A DNA stretch of 64,000 nucleotides, taken from assembly GCA_013239625.1 (NCBI GenBank), contig MU053911.1, positions 881,590 through 945,589 on the forward strand, in the 5' to 3' direction. The stretch is from Lama guanicoe. Its lineage: Eukaryota. The translations under genes and the position numbers were made by a program. Below, in pieces: positions 1 through 12,419 of this stretch. Each line of letters starts with the position of its first letter. Position 1 is the first letter of the stretch. A model generated the notes under the pieces. It searched no databases. It was not told the DNA's origin and was given only the letters and a program-made list of their open reading frames with translations.

Positions 1-115
1 AAAATCCAATTAGCGTTCATATTTCCTGGAAGCTCTTAAATGACTTTTTTACATTTTGGGGTTTTTTCTTGAGTAGAACTTAAGCAAGGACCGCCCATTA
101 CAAAGAGTTGATATA

Positions 116-198
116 GGGGGTGGGGCCATAGTTCGGGGATAGAGCGCCTGATTAGCATGCATGAGGTCCTCGGTTCAATCCCCAGTACCTCCGTTAAA

Positions 199-272
<74 letters not shown>

Positions 273-273
273 A
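116..273 (+). mobile_element. tRNA-derived SINE (camelid Vic-1-like) with expanded (AAT)n tail
   Basis: G-run start, A/B-box-like body (…gcatgcatgaggtcctcggttcaatccccagtacctcc) and A-rich tail; same body as the other SINE copies in the window. Confidence 0.85.
206..267 (+). repeat. (AAT)n microsatellite, about 20 units
   Basis: Uninterrupted aat run inside the SINE tail. Confidence 0.97.
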
Positions 274-329
274 ATGGTTACTTTGTCTCTTAAGTCACTT
301 CACATGTGTATGTTTCCATCTTCTCTATT

Positions 330-2190
330 TTTCTTTGCAATGTGGTCATTGCAAAAAAAAATGGAGAAAGGGATTTTGGGTTTTACTGATTGCATCCACG
401 TGGTGTCATTTAATGTATTTTCCCATCCCCTGTGCCTTGTATTTCCTGGCGATTAACTCCGGATACATAATCAAGCTCAGGTTCCATTTTTTGGCAAAAA
501 TACCTCACAGGTGGTGTTGTGTCCTTCCATCAAGAGAAAGAAAACAGCAGACTGAATCCCGTGTCGGAGCATTAGCTGCCACTGATGGTTCTGGTCCAGG
601 TCCATTGCTTCATTCCGGGGCACAAAACCATATTCCAGTTCTGTTCTTTCTCTTTTACCCAACAGCTGGAAGACAGGATAGATGTGCCTCTGAGGAACCA
701 AGTGTCCTTGAGCCTCCTCTTTGTGCCAGTGTCCTGTGCCACCAGCGGTTTCACCAGCACCCCTGAAAGAACTGTAATCAGTGTTACTGTGATCACAGTG
801 ATGTACACATGTGTGGTCCGTTCCAACCCACTGCCACTGTTATTCTTAGCAATGCTCAGGGGTAGCATCTTCAAGTCACCTCAAAGGTCCTTTTTAAAAA
901 AGTATATATTTTTATCGAAGTATAATTGATTTACAATGTTGCATTCTTTTCAGGTGTACCGCAAAGTGATTCAGTTTTACATGCACACATCTGTTCTTTT
1001 TCAAATCCTTTTCCATTATGGGCTATTACAAGGTATTGAATACAGTTCCCTGTGCTGTACAGCAGGTCCTCGCTGTTTATCTATTTTATGTGCAGCAGTG
1101 TGTGTCTGTTAATCCCGAGCTCCTAGTTTATCAAAGCTCCTTTTGAGGTAACTTTTGGTAGCTGACTTGCTTGTTCACCTTCTACATTTTTCTGTCCAGA
1201 CGTGGAATCAGCCATTTGCCTTGGAAGCGCTGCTTCTCAGATGGGGGCCGTGGTGTTAGAGACCGCAGCCTGCCCCCGGGCACTCGCTAATGAAGACTTG
1301 ATCATTCTCTCCAGGTCGAGGGCTGAGCCCGGCTATTTACACAATTTTTTTCAAAGACAAAATACTTCATGAGGTTGTACTGAGGTTACCAATGAGAACT
1401 GAGGATTCCAAAGTTTTTACTTTATCCCTATGATTTTATATTTGTACACGTTTTTTTCCGACAGAGATTAGTTTTCAATTATATTAACAAAATTAATGTG
1501 GTTACTCTATCTGATACTATGTAATAATTTTAGGCTAGCCATATCAATAGTATTCCTAATAAGATGATTCCTAAAAACCGGTCAAATTTTTCAACAGTTT
1601 GTTGTTTTGTTGTTTTGTCTTTAGGGTATAATTCTCTAGGGATTATGGCCAGATTACTGAATTTGAAGCCATTTGAAATCACTCTTCTCAGTGTGATTAT
1701 GCTACCAATTTGATACATTTCACTCATTCATTTTGGTTTTCTTTTCTTTTTTTCTTTTTAGGAATGGTTTCTTAAATTTAATTTTGCTTTATAATTTGGT
1801 CAAACACTCACTTGGTTCCTAAATTGCAGCTACAAAACCAAGTGCACTCAGAGAAGCCTCCCACCTCTGTCCTCTCCATTCCCTTTCTTCTTCCCCACTT
1901 GAGCGAATTTTGTTAGGTTTGGGATTATTACGTGTAAATGTACACACTTATTATATATTAACATATGTAAGGATACACATACATCCCACAAATATACGCA
2001 TGTATACGTGTATTCTTAGCCCTCTGTTTTAGGTGGTATACTGTATACTGAGGTTTATTCATCTTACTTTATTCTCTTAATGAAATGTCTCACAGGTTAA
2101 CTCATAGCGCTATATAAACTATTTCGTATTTCTTTCCACAGCTGTACAGCACTCCGTTACATGGATGGATCACAGTTTTCAACTAGTTCT
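330..2190 (-). mobile_element. Old degraded L1M (L1MC/MD/ME-like) 3' region, interrupted by a younger L1
   Basis: T-rich sequence with motifs such as ggcaaaaatacctcacaggtggtgttgtgtccttc and ggaatcagccatttgccttggaagc typical of antisense old L1 3' UTRs; boundaries approximate. Confidence 0.45.
895..1130 (-). mobile_element. 5'-truncated L1 3' end (cetartiodactyl type)
   Basis: gaagtataattgatttacaatgtt…aaggtattgaatacagttccctgtgctgtacagcaggtcc; flanked by TSD tcaaaggtcctttt (881-894) / tcaaagctcctttt (1131-1144). Confidence 0.9.
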
Positions 2191-2375
2191 GATTCCTGAC
2201 CAGTGTCCACCAGAGGCTGAGGGTTAGCCGGCTTCTGAGCCTCATCTTCTGTCACCTTCCCAGACTGCCCCACCCAGGAGGCTTGTCCCCAGTTTCCACA
2301 AATTTATGTACACTACAACATTAGCTTTCTCTGACATGGCTGGGCTGAAATTCTGTTGGATACTTCCACTATGCC

Positions 2376-2389
2376 GTTGTCATGACAAC
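2376..2389. promoter_or_regulatory. Candidate RFX X-box (perfect 14-bp palindrome GTTGTCATGACAAC)
   Basis: Perfect palindrome close to the RFX consensus GTTGCCATGGCAAC; motif match only. Confidence 0.35.
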
Positions 2390-5300
2390 CTTCATGTTAT
2401 GAACCAGGGCACTCGGGGAAAGGCACAGTCACATCTGGAAGAAGGAACGTGTTTCAGCAGAGGAGTGAGGCATGAGGCCATCCTCCCAGGTTGGGCAGAC
2501 TGATGGGGACGGATGAAAGGGGCTGATGGGGTGGGGGAGATGGGGCAGTGCTCTGGGCGTCCTCCTCCAGAGACGAAGGTGCGCGGGTGTCCCCTCTATG
2601 GCAAATCTGCACCTGAGCACTGCCAAGGCTCTCCGCTGGCCACCCCGTGAATTCCATGGGCCACAGCTCACCCTCGGATGCCCTCAGCCAAGACCCCATC
2701 CTTTTCCCCACGGCCACTTCTCTTGAGTCCCTCGGAAAATCTGTTTCAGCCAGACCCATCTTCTCACTGGCCCCAAATTTGGCTTCCCTGTCGCATCAGC
2801 CAAACTCGGGTCTTCATTTAACTCGCGCTACCTTCTCAGCCTCTCTCTGCGCTTTGCCTCCTAAACCCTGTAAATAACGCACCCCTTGCAGGAAGCCTAA
2901 CCCTTCAGGACACCTCACAGTTCTCACGCCGTGGGCTGTGGTGGCAGCTGGCACCCAGCCGTGGGTGTTCACAGGCACCCTGCCCAGGCAGGACCAAGTC
3001 CAAGCTGCTGAGATGCAAGGGTGTCTGCCACGGAGTGGGGGGGTGCATCAGCCTCTGGACGCGTCTCTCTCACAACGATCAAGGGCAGATACCACCTTTG
3101 GATGAGCCAAGCTTGAGGATGCTCGTGGCTACGTTTCTCTGTGTCAGCACAGAGATGCCTGTCGGAGTCCCCAGCTGCCTCCTTATCATTCAGGGTATGG
3201 TGCCAACACCACCTCCTCACAGAAGCCCTCCTTGCCTTTCAGTCTAAGGAAGCATCCCAGTCCTTCTAGCTGGCATCTCTCTGCTTTTTCTTTCTTCTCA
3301 CCATGACACTGGTGATGTCTTGTGTTCAGTGATTTCTTTACTGTCTCTGTTTCCTGGCTGGAATGCAAGACCCAGAAGAGGAGGAAACTCGGCTGCCCTG
3401 CTTGCAACCTGCCCTGGGAACAGTGGCTGGTATACAGCGCGGAATCACCAGTATTTGCTGACAAATCAGCGGATTCTTATTCTAAGAAAGCAGCCGTGAT
3501 GTGTCTGTAATTATTCCACCCATTCACTTACAAATAAAGGAAATACTTGATGTCGTGGGACATTTTCTAGTTCTCTTTGTGACGGTTCTGCTCTTTTGTT
3601 GCGGCTGTGATGGAGAAGCTGAAGGCAGCCACATTCCCAGCGCTCTTGCGCCCAGACATTCTCCCTCCATCAGTCCAGACCACCCCTCGCCCAGAGGGTG
3701 CTTAATTAATGAACTTGTCAGATGCGAAATGCATGCATCTGGAAGAATAAACACGGAGGCAGCAGCTGGCGGCCAGGCACCGGTGCCGGGGCCGCGGGAA
3801 GTGAAGTCCGCTGGAGCTCTCGGCGGGTCCCTGAGACGCAGCTCCCAGTGACAGCAGGAGCTGACACTGGTGTACTCCAGCAAGCGCGTCTCAGGAAGTG
3901 TAACAGACACACCCAGAGTATTCCTCCAGAGAGGTCCCCCAGCACTCACTCCCACCCCGCTGTCCCTCCTGGCCAAGCCTGTGACTTCAGAGGGTCCCAC
4001 CTAGGACCCCTCAAGAGGGCGAGTGGCGGGCAGCCGGGACACGAACCCACCGAGTCCTTCTCTCCTTGGAATGCTGTGCCTTCAGCCCACAGGACGTGGG
4101 CTGGGAGGGGGTGCCTTCTGCTCTCCCAGCTGCTGAGGACTGAGTGTCTGTGTCTCCCCTAGACTTGCACGCTGAGACCCTGCCTGCCAGTGTGACGGTG
4201 CCAGGAGATGGGACCTTCCAGGCAGTGTTTAGGACTAACAAGGTCACAAAGGTGGCGCCCTGGAGAACGGGACCGGCACCCTTACAGGAGTTCAGGCTTC
4301 GCTCTCCGCCCTCCACCACCGAGGACGCAGCGTCAAGTCAGCAGTCTGCACCCTCGAAGCCGGCCCTCAGCAGAGCCTGACCATCCAGGCACCCTGATCT
4401 CAGGAGGGGTCACGACATGCCCAAAGGAAACCACCCAGCCGCGAAGGCGCCTGCGCACCCGGCTCTCCCTCCTGAGACTGACCGTTCACGCTCCGCGCGG
4501 CGAACCTCTGGAGGACACTCGGCTCCTCTGTCCCTCCCCGGCTGAGGAGTCTGGTCTGACGGGTCAAGGGAAACGAAATCACCCTTCCCCTCCCCGGTCG
4601 AGCTTTCCAGAGGAAACTCGGTGAGGCAGCAAAAGCAAGTCCGCAGAACACTCTGTTTCCGCAGAACCCCCTTCCAGCCCACAGCTAAACTACAGCAAAG
4701 CCAGTTAAAGGAAAAGCTGCAGGTTCTCCACGTTTCAGTTGACTCAGAAGGAGTCATGTTATAATCTAGATAAGAGGTTCTTATTTTTTTTCTTTCTCCT
4801 TAAGACATTATTAAAACAAGACTCTTATTTTCCTATCATGAAAAGACTTGGACAAATCTATAATTTATGTTACGATTTTTGAGAGGTTTCACCTGAAGGA
4901 AGTGCCAAGCGTCCCAGAGCCCTGTCAGGCTCCCCTCGGAAATGCCTTCCATTACTAGCAGACAGAACCTTTCTTCCTTATTATTTATACGGGGCTTCTT
5001 TCATTTCTGCGTGGGACACTTTGGGATGAAAAACTGGTGACTGCATTAATTAAACACAAAGATGAGATGTCCTATTTTTTCCCTCTGGAAAAATGCTGCT
5101 CGGAGTCCCTGCAGCAAACGTCGGTGTGAGCCTGCGGCCTGCCGGGAGGGCCCAGCGCTCCAGGGTCCGTCGTTGGCTCTGATTCACGCTAAGTCACTGA
5201 ATAGGACCAGTAGTTGGAGAGTAAGACTGATGTGCTAAGGGGCTGAGACAGGTGGGGGTGAAGTGGCAGCTTGACCTGTTGTCCCCAAATCTGGAGAGAA

Positions 5301-5979
5301 AACACAATGCCACGAACCCCTGCCTCCTCCCTCTCCTCCCCACCCACCCCATCAAATCTCCCCATCGCCCGAGACTAGGAACAAAGGGTGGGGGCCTCTG
5401 CCTCTAACTGGAAGCCCCGTCCTCCCCTGTGTGTCTGGGGGCTGCACAGCTGGTGCAGATCATGGGTCAGGAGTCCCACTTCCCCTCCCTCAGAAAACCG
5501 CCCATCAGTGAGCGACTCGGGAACCAGAGCTGGAGCCCCTTGTTCCCCGGGGAAAGTCCGGATGGGACTTCTGCAGTTTCAGGGATGAGAAATGGCCCGA
5601 GATGCCCTTATCAGAGACAGGAAAGATTCAGTTCCGGAGCTGGAAAAACAGACAGATTTATCACCTCAGGGTCGGTGCTCTTTCTTGCCCATCTGCCTCT
5701 GTTAAATGAATAACTATTCTAAGGCGAAGGAAAGAAATAAAGAAATACTGGACTTGGTCTTTGTCGTCAAAGGGCTTCTCATTTCTGTTTGTGAGAACAG
5801 AACATGATGTGGCTGCGAGTGGGCAGCTGTAACCTCAGTAGGAAGCAGTGAGTGTGCCTTCATCCTGGTTCATCTCAGGAGTGGTCAGCGCCAACGTGCT
5901 CTGAGATGCCCCGTCCAGACACTCACAGTCCTGTGTCAGAAAGGGCCACACACTGAGTCCTTTGCACCCAAAACTGACA

Positions 5980-6870
5980 GTTTGCAAAGCAGTATGGCAT
6001 TTGTGCAAAAAATGAAAAGTAGAATCACAGTATGATCTAGTAATCCCACTTCTGGTTATATACCTCAAAGAATTGAAAGCCGGGCCTTTTTTTTAGCACC
6101 TTCATTGTGGTCTGGTTCCTGTACAGTAAACTGCACACATTTCAGATGAACAATTTGATGCATTTTGATAGATCTATACACCCATGGAACCGCCACCACA
6201 ATCAAGATACCTAACATTTCCATCACTCCCCAAGAGGTGCAAATTTCAAATTCCCAATTTATCCCTTCCTACCCCCTTTACCATAAGTTAGTTATCTATG
6301 TCTGTGAGTCTGTTTCTGTTTTGTAAGTAAGTTCATTTGTGCCCCTTTTTTCAGATTCCACATATGAGTAATATCATATGGCATTCTTCTTTCTCTTTCT
6401 GGCTTACTTCACTTAGAATGACACTCTCCAGGCCCATCCATGTTGCAGCAAATGGCATTATTTTATTCTTTTTTATGGCTGAGTAGTGTTCCATTGTATA
6501 ACATACCACAGCTTCTTTATCCAGTCATCTGTCGATGGATGTTTAGGCTGTTTCCATGTCTTGGCTACTGTAAATAGTGCTGCTATGAACATTGGGGTGC
6601 AGGTGTCTTTTTGAAGTATGTTTTCCTCTGGATACATGCCCATGAGTGGGATTGAAAGCCGGGCCTGGAAGAGATACTGTAGTGCAGTGTCCACAGTAGC
6701 CAAGAGGTGGAAGCAGCCTGTGTGTCCATCAAAGGATGAATGGATAAACAAAATGTGGCCTCTACGTACAATGAAATATAATTTAGGCTTTAAAAGGAAG
6801 AAAATTCTGACCACTGCTACAACATGAATAAACCTAGAAGACTTGCTAAACGAAATAAGCCAGTCACTGT
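5980..6870 (+). mobile_element. Old L1M (L1MA/MB-like) ORF2-end fragment, split by a younger antisense L1
   Basis: atgatctagtaatcccacttctggttatatacctcaaagaattgaaagc at 6032-6080 resumes after 6666 with agccaagaggtggaagcagcc…gtccatcaaaggatgaatggataaacaaaatgtgg. Confidence 0.8.
6088..6650 (-). mobile_element. 5'-truncated L1 with non-canonical (swapped) 3' end
   Basis: Minus-strand translation QKDTCTPMFIAALFTVAKTWKQPK (L1 ORF2 C-terminus), poly(T) at the left end, perfect 16-bp TSD attgaaagccgggcct (6072-6087 and 6651-6666). Confidence 0.92.
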
Positions 6871-7834
6871 GGACAACGGACAGGTGTCAGTCACCTGAGC
6901 GGCGCAGGGATGCCCGTGGGGCGATGGGGAAATGAAGGGAGAGCCCTACCGGCAAAACCACCAGGAGCACCGCAGAGCAGATCGCCGCGCCCAGCGCAGC
7001 CAGAGAGCCAGCAGAAACGCGGCTTCGGAATCGGCTCTGAGCTCACTGCCTGTCCTGTGGATGACCAGCTGTGTTGTCTTCCGTGAACCAGTCAGCATCT
7101 TAGAGCGTCTGCCCTCTTCTGCGGGTGGGGGAACTGCTGTTACTTCTCGGGGCTGTTTTACATCTTAAGCAGAAACGAGACAGGTGAAGGGCCTGCATGG
7201 AGCAGCTGCTTTCTAAGTACCAGTGACTGCAACCAGGATGATGTGCAGAGCGCCTCGCCTTGGGAGCTGGGCAGACGCCCCCCAGGCGGGACACTGGTGG
7301 CGGGAAGGCCTGCTCTGCCCTCTGCAGCTGAGCCATGCAGCCCTCCCATTAGGGTTACCTCCTCACATCTCACATCCAGAACTCTTTATGGGGCTGGGAA
7401 AATGACATTAAGTACTTCAGGTGAAAACTGGACCCCAGTTTCTATTATTAAGTTGCCATTCTTGGAGCGTGGACCCAAGCGTGTGCGTTTTCCCGCACCC
7501 AGACGCTCTGGCCAGCTCTGCCTGCCAGCCCTGCCCGGGCCTCCTGGCCCCACAGCAGCTCGTCTCTGGGTGGGGGCGGACTCCGTTTCTCCTGCAGGGC
7601 TTTGCCTCTCCCCGTGTACTTGCCGCTGAGGTTCCAGAGCTGCCTGAAGCCAAGTCGTGGCCCTCCAAGCCCAGGAAGCCACCAGCCAGCACCAGAGGAG
7701 AAAGGGCTCCTTCTAACCCCCCAGCTGCCCAGAGACGGCAGAGAGGAGCTCGGCCAGAGCCCGCGCCCTGGACCAGTCAACCTCCTCCTACATCATCCTG
7801 CCAGAGAGAGCAAAGGGGGAGCATGGACTGCGGG

Positions 7835-8010
7835 CTGATACTGGCCTGGGTTCACACCCCAGCTGCTCCCTTTAAAGCTGTGTGATTTTGGCCCAAACAC
7901 TTAAGTTCTCTGAGCCCCATTTACCTTTATTTGTAAAATGAAGAAAATTATACGTGGGCCATTGTGTTCTAGTGAGGATTAAATAAGCTGTAATATGCCT
8001 AGTAAATTCC
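7835..8010 (+). mobile_element. MIR SINE remnant
   Basis: cctgggttcac…gctgtgtgattttggccc…cttaagttctctgagcc…tgtaaaatg…gtgaggattaaataag core. Confidence 0.75.
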
Positions 8011-9494
8011 GGCCTCCAGAGAGCACGTGCAGGTTTATTATCAAGAACGGGCTAGAGTCTCCCACAGTGGGGTCTGGCTTCTCAGTTCCTGTAATGTTGC
8101 TCTTACAACAGGCGAACCGTCACAGTGTAGTGATGCGTGATGGGGGAGCTGCAGGGGCACAGGGGGCGGGTTGGGCGCAGCCCGGAGCATGGGGGTGCGG
8201 TGGGTGAGAGCGTAGAGGGGACGGTGAGAGACACACACGGCGCCCACTTCACGCTTCAGTCCAGGAGTCCTCGATGCTCAAACCTCTGTTCCAAACTCAC
8301 AGGAAAAGCCAGTCGGCCTCTGCGGATACCGAAATGGGGAAGCACCTGGCTCACCTTTCTCAGTCTCTTGGTCTCAAGGCTGGCTTCTGCTCTCTCTGGC
8401 CGCTCCCCGAGGTCACGCCCCCCTCTCTCGGGCAGACCCCCGCACCCGCGCCCGCACTTTTGTCCAGGAGGAAGGACGTTCTGCTCCTGGGCCTTCCTCT
8501 CCTGCCTTCAGGACTTCTTTCTGTTTGAGTCACAGAGGGTTTGCAGAGATGTTCTTTCTTTTTTTAACTTCCCCCATTGAATATTCATCGGGTGATGGAT
8601 TCTACCTCAAGGATCAGCCAAGGGAGTGAAACAGTCTGCAGCCTGCTCTGTGCCACAGACGGGGCCCCAGACCCTCATAGGGAGGAGCTTTTCCTGCCTG
8701 GGGGGCGGAGGCGCGACAGCCGCTGTGATTTCCCCAGACAGAGCTGGGTGCTCAGAGCAGATGCCTGTCAGACGAGCCGCCGGTAAGTGGCAGGAGTGAT
8801 CTCACGTCCTTTCCCTGAAGGTAACTGTCCTCATTACTCTCATTACTCGGCCGAGTGAACCTTGGGTGCATAATAGAATTTTCTTTAAAATATTCATCAC
8901 CTGACAAGTGATATTTCAGCCATATTTCCCTGAAAACTACATTGGGAGCGGAAGGCTGAGCGGCGGTGCTCAATTAGATCAGTATTTTGCTCATCTTCCT
9001 AAACTACTTTTCAAGTCCAGGCCATTAAAAATTCATGGGGCCATGGAACGTGGAGCTCTCCTCTGAGCTCGGAGAGGACAGAGGTGGCTGCCGGTGCAGA
9101 GCCAGGGCTGCTCCCACCGCGACAAACGGAAACTGTCCCTGCCCTCCGCATCACCTTGTGCCAGAAACGCAACACCCTCACCAAGCTATACGGATCTTCC
9201 CAGTGGGCAGCCCAGCTTCGTCGTGGTTTCTGGGGGTACCCAGGAGCACAGCTGAAACGTGACGAGTGGGAAGCGTTGGAGACAGACACACAGATTCACG
9301 TGCAGTGTTGCCGCTTCCTTCTCGGAGCCTCAGCTTCCTTGGTTTCAGTGCGAGGATGGGGATGGCATAGAGACTGTGGACTGATGCTCGGGGTGCGTCA
9401 CTGAGGCCGCAGAACTTCTCCATCACTCCATCCCGGGGGCGGGGCTCAGTGCCATCTGGACCACTTGCACGTCACACTGCGTCACCATTGGCTG

Positions 9495-9595
9495 CCAGCT
9501 TGTCTGCCTCTCCCACGAAATGCAGGATCCCTATGGCCAGGACCCAGGTCTCCCTCACTTCCACCCTTGGTGCTCAGCATTGCCTGGTACGCACC
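9495..9595 (+). mobile_element. L2 3' remnant
   Basis: ttgtctgcctctcccac…ggccaggaccc…gtgctcagcattgcctggtac resembles the L2 3' end. Confidence 0.5.
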
Positions 9596-10999
9596 AGGGG
9601 CCTTGGGGACACCTTCGAGGTAATTACACTCACATGCAAGTATAATCATTCATACTGCATATTCCTCTTATGAGGAAACATAATTATTAGTAGTCCATTA
9701 ATTATTTTACCTTTTGAAAAAGAAGACTTCTTATAAAGTGAGCACAAACTAGTCATTGCCAACGCAATACTTTTTCAGCAAAAATTTAACAGGAAACGGA
9801 CCGAAGTAAGTTGTTCTAATGGCCATGGTGCCAAGTCCTGGGCAGACAGGAATCTCGGTTCAAAAGCAAACAACTGAAAACAAAAACCATCCCTTCGGAC
9901 ACAGTCTGAAAACGTGCTTGCTGACTGCGTCCCAGTTGTTGATGGACACCTGCCCGTGGCCCCGAAACCATCTCACAATTTGAAATTTTTCAGTTTGTTT
10001 GTGACTTCTCAGCGCGCTGAGGTTCGGTTTCGTCGCCACATCCAAATGCTCAGAATCCTATTCAACCAGATCCAAACCACTCTGGTCTAGAAATAGGGCT
10101 TGAGGTCTAGCCAGCCTCGGGTTTTATGCAATATTTCCAGTACTTCTGCTTTCAAAACAAGCTGGTGGAAAGAAAACACCAGACAAGCCCTGCCGTGGGA
10201 TTGCAGAGCTCTCCCAGCTCAGCCTGGAAACTTCGGAGGGCTGTGAGATACGACCAAGGGAAATAAAATGACGCCGCTTCACATTCGTCTAACGTTCGAT
10301 GGTCTGGGTGTAGCTGACGTTTATCCAGCAGTTGGGTTTCACGCATAATATCTGCTGAATCCTGCAAACAAGCCTGTGAAGAAAGGATTTTCTCCTTTTC
10401 ACAGAGGATTCTTTCTTCCGGGAATTCAGTGCCCAGGTTGATGCTTTTCTTGGCGTGTCCACATCGTTATCTTCTTCAGTCATCTGGGAACTGGAGACGG
10501 CAGGCCCGTCAGCCCCTCCTGCAGAACCGGGGTCGGGAAGGGGGCTCTCCCAGGTCACAGCCCCCGCTGCAGCCCCAGCTCAGGGCTCTGACCCCCGGGC
10601 CGCATTCTGCCCACTGTGCGTGTGTATTCTGTAGGTGCTGTGAGCGCCTCCACTGCACTTACTGCTTTTAAAAACTAACTGTGGAAGTGCTGGTGTGCCA
10701 CGAACCCCTGGAAGCAGCAGCCTACCTTCAGTGGGCCTCCAGAGTGTTCCAAGGGAGTTATGCAGCATTCACCTGCACTGAAACAAGGGTGCAGCCAAGT
10801 GGACACCAGGTCTACACCTTCAGGCTGAATAACGAGTGACCGTTTATGCTGACTTCACACTGAACGAGTTAACGGGATGGGAGGAGCCGGTACATTCCAG
10901 TCCTCAGTAGTCCAAGCGGCTGTGGGAGGGTCAGGGTCCTCCCCACCCCTCTCTCCCTCCCCCGGCCCGGGGCTCCCAAGATGCCTGTGTCTGTTCACC

Positions 11000-11340
11000 T
11001 GATGACGTCCCACAGGCCCCTCAGGCTCGGTCCACTTTTCTTCAGTCTTTCTCTGTTCCTGTTCGTGCCCTGTCTTCCAGCTCATTGGTTCCTTCCTCTG
11101 TGCACCCGTGTCTGCATTCGAATCCCTCTGGCGAATTCCTCATTTCAGTTATTGCACTTTTCAGCTCCAGAGTATATTTTTGGTTTCTTTTTAGGTTCTC
11201 GATCTGTTTATTGATATCTCCATTTTGTCCACACGTCATTTTATGGTTTTCTTGGCTTTCCCCGCAACTTCTTTTAGTCCTTTGAGCAGTTTAAGGCATT
11301 CGTTTAAAGGCTTTTGCTGGTATCTCCGTCATTAGGTGTT
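11000..11340 (-). mobile_element. Old L1 ORF1 fragment
   Basis: Minus-strand translation INKQIENLKRNQKYTLELKSAITEMRNS…ELEDR and KWTEPEGPVGRH resemble the L1 ORF1 coiled-coil region. Confidence 0.75.
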
Positions 11341-11459
11341 CCGGGGGGTTTCTGTGCGCACTGCACAAGGATTCATAATTCAACATTCAAGTGTATCATT
11401 TCTTTTCATTTTCTTTTAAATTCATCCAAACTTTATGTTAGCTTTCTTTGAAATGAACT

Positions 11460-11700
11460 GCAGTTTAAATATAGTAGAAAGTACATTAGATTTGGAGTCA
11501 GAAAACCCGAGTCCAAACCCCAGGTCTGCTACATATTTCCCATGGGATCGTGGATATGTCGTTTAACTTCTAGAGTTTCGTCCCAGGTCCCTCACAGGCA
11601 AAGCAAGGAAAACCCTATTGCCCTTTGCACTCACAAGGCTGCTGTGAAAACCAAAGCACCGATGTATGTGAAACCTCCAGTGACCAGAGTGTTTCACAAG
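11460..11700 (+). mobile_element. MIR SINE remnant
   Basis: tagtagaaagtacattagatttggagtcagaaaacccgagtccaaaccccaggtctgctac…tttaacttctagagtttc. Confidence 0.7.
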
Positions 11701-12230
11701 AGTGGGATGTGGTAATATTTCTGCCTCACACATAAATACACAAGCACAGTGTTTGCAGTAGCACCCTGCATGTCCTGTGCTCCACCTGACCTCGGCTGAT
11801 CTACTGTAAACCTCTGAGTCCACAGCTGGAAACTGTCCCTGCATCACACTGTGTGATCCTGGTGGAGGCCGTCAGCTGCCCCTTCAATGCCTTAGTCATA
11901 ATACGCTACTAACAAGCTGAGGGGACAGGAGTAATTTTCTCACAGATCCGATCTGACTCCCAAATGGTGTGAAATAAGACTGTTTTCCCAGCCCCCTGAT
12001 TTCTCCATGTCTAAATAATTTGATGCAGCTTTTACATGGATTAGAGATGCTTTACTGTGAACATGAAATGTTCTTCAAATAAAAAACAAAAACAAAAACT
12101 GGTCCATCAGAAAGAACAACATAGAAGCAGTGCTGAAATCCACAGTCCTGACCTGGGCGGCCCGCCTCCACGGTTCACGTCAAAGGTGTCACATCAGTCC
12201 CCCATGAGGCTGGTTTGTTTCCTTTCTGAC

Positions 12231-12419
12231 ACACTGTGTGGCTAATTCCCAGTGTAGACACTGTGTGGCTGATTCCCAGTGTAGACACTGTGTGGCTAAT
12301 TTCGAGTGTAGACACTGTGTGGCTAATTCCCAGTGTAGGCACTGTGTGGCTGATTCCCAGTGTAGACACTGTGTGGCTGATTCCGAGTGTAGACACTGTG
12401 TGGCTGATTCCCAGTGTAG
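12231..12419 (+). repeat. 27-bp minisatellite, 7 copies (acactgtgtggct[a/g]attcccagtgtag)
   Basis: Seven head-to-tail units with 0-2 substitutions each; explains the repetitive ORFs on both strands. Confidence 0.98.

Noticed and set aside
116..195. tRNA-like A/B-box sequences here and in the other SINE copies
   Set aside because: Degenerate, A-tailed, multi-copy and often TSD-flanked: SINEs, not tRNA genes
8752..8973. Protein-like minus-strand stretch (GDEYFKENSIMHPRFTRPSNESNEDSYLQGKD) with possible AG/GT ends
   Set aside because: Weak pyrimidine tract, no recognisable homology, contains a local ctcattact duplication
10152..10634. Acceptor-like sites on both strands with open frames
   Set aside because: No good matching donors and no recognisable peptide
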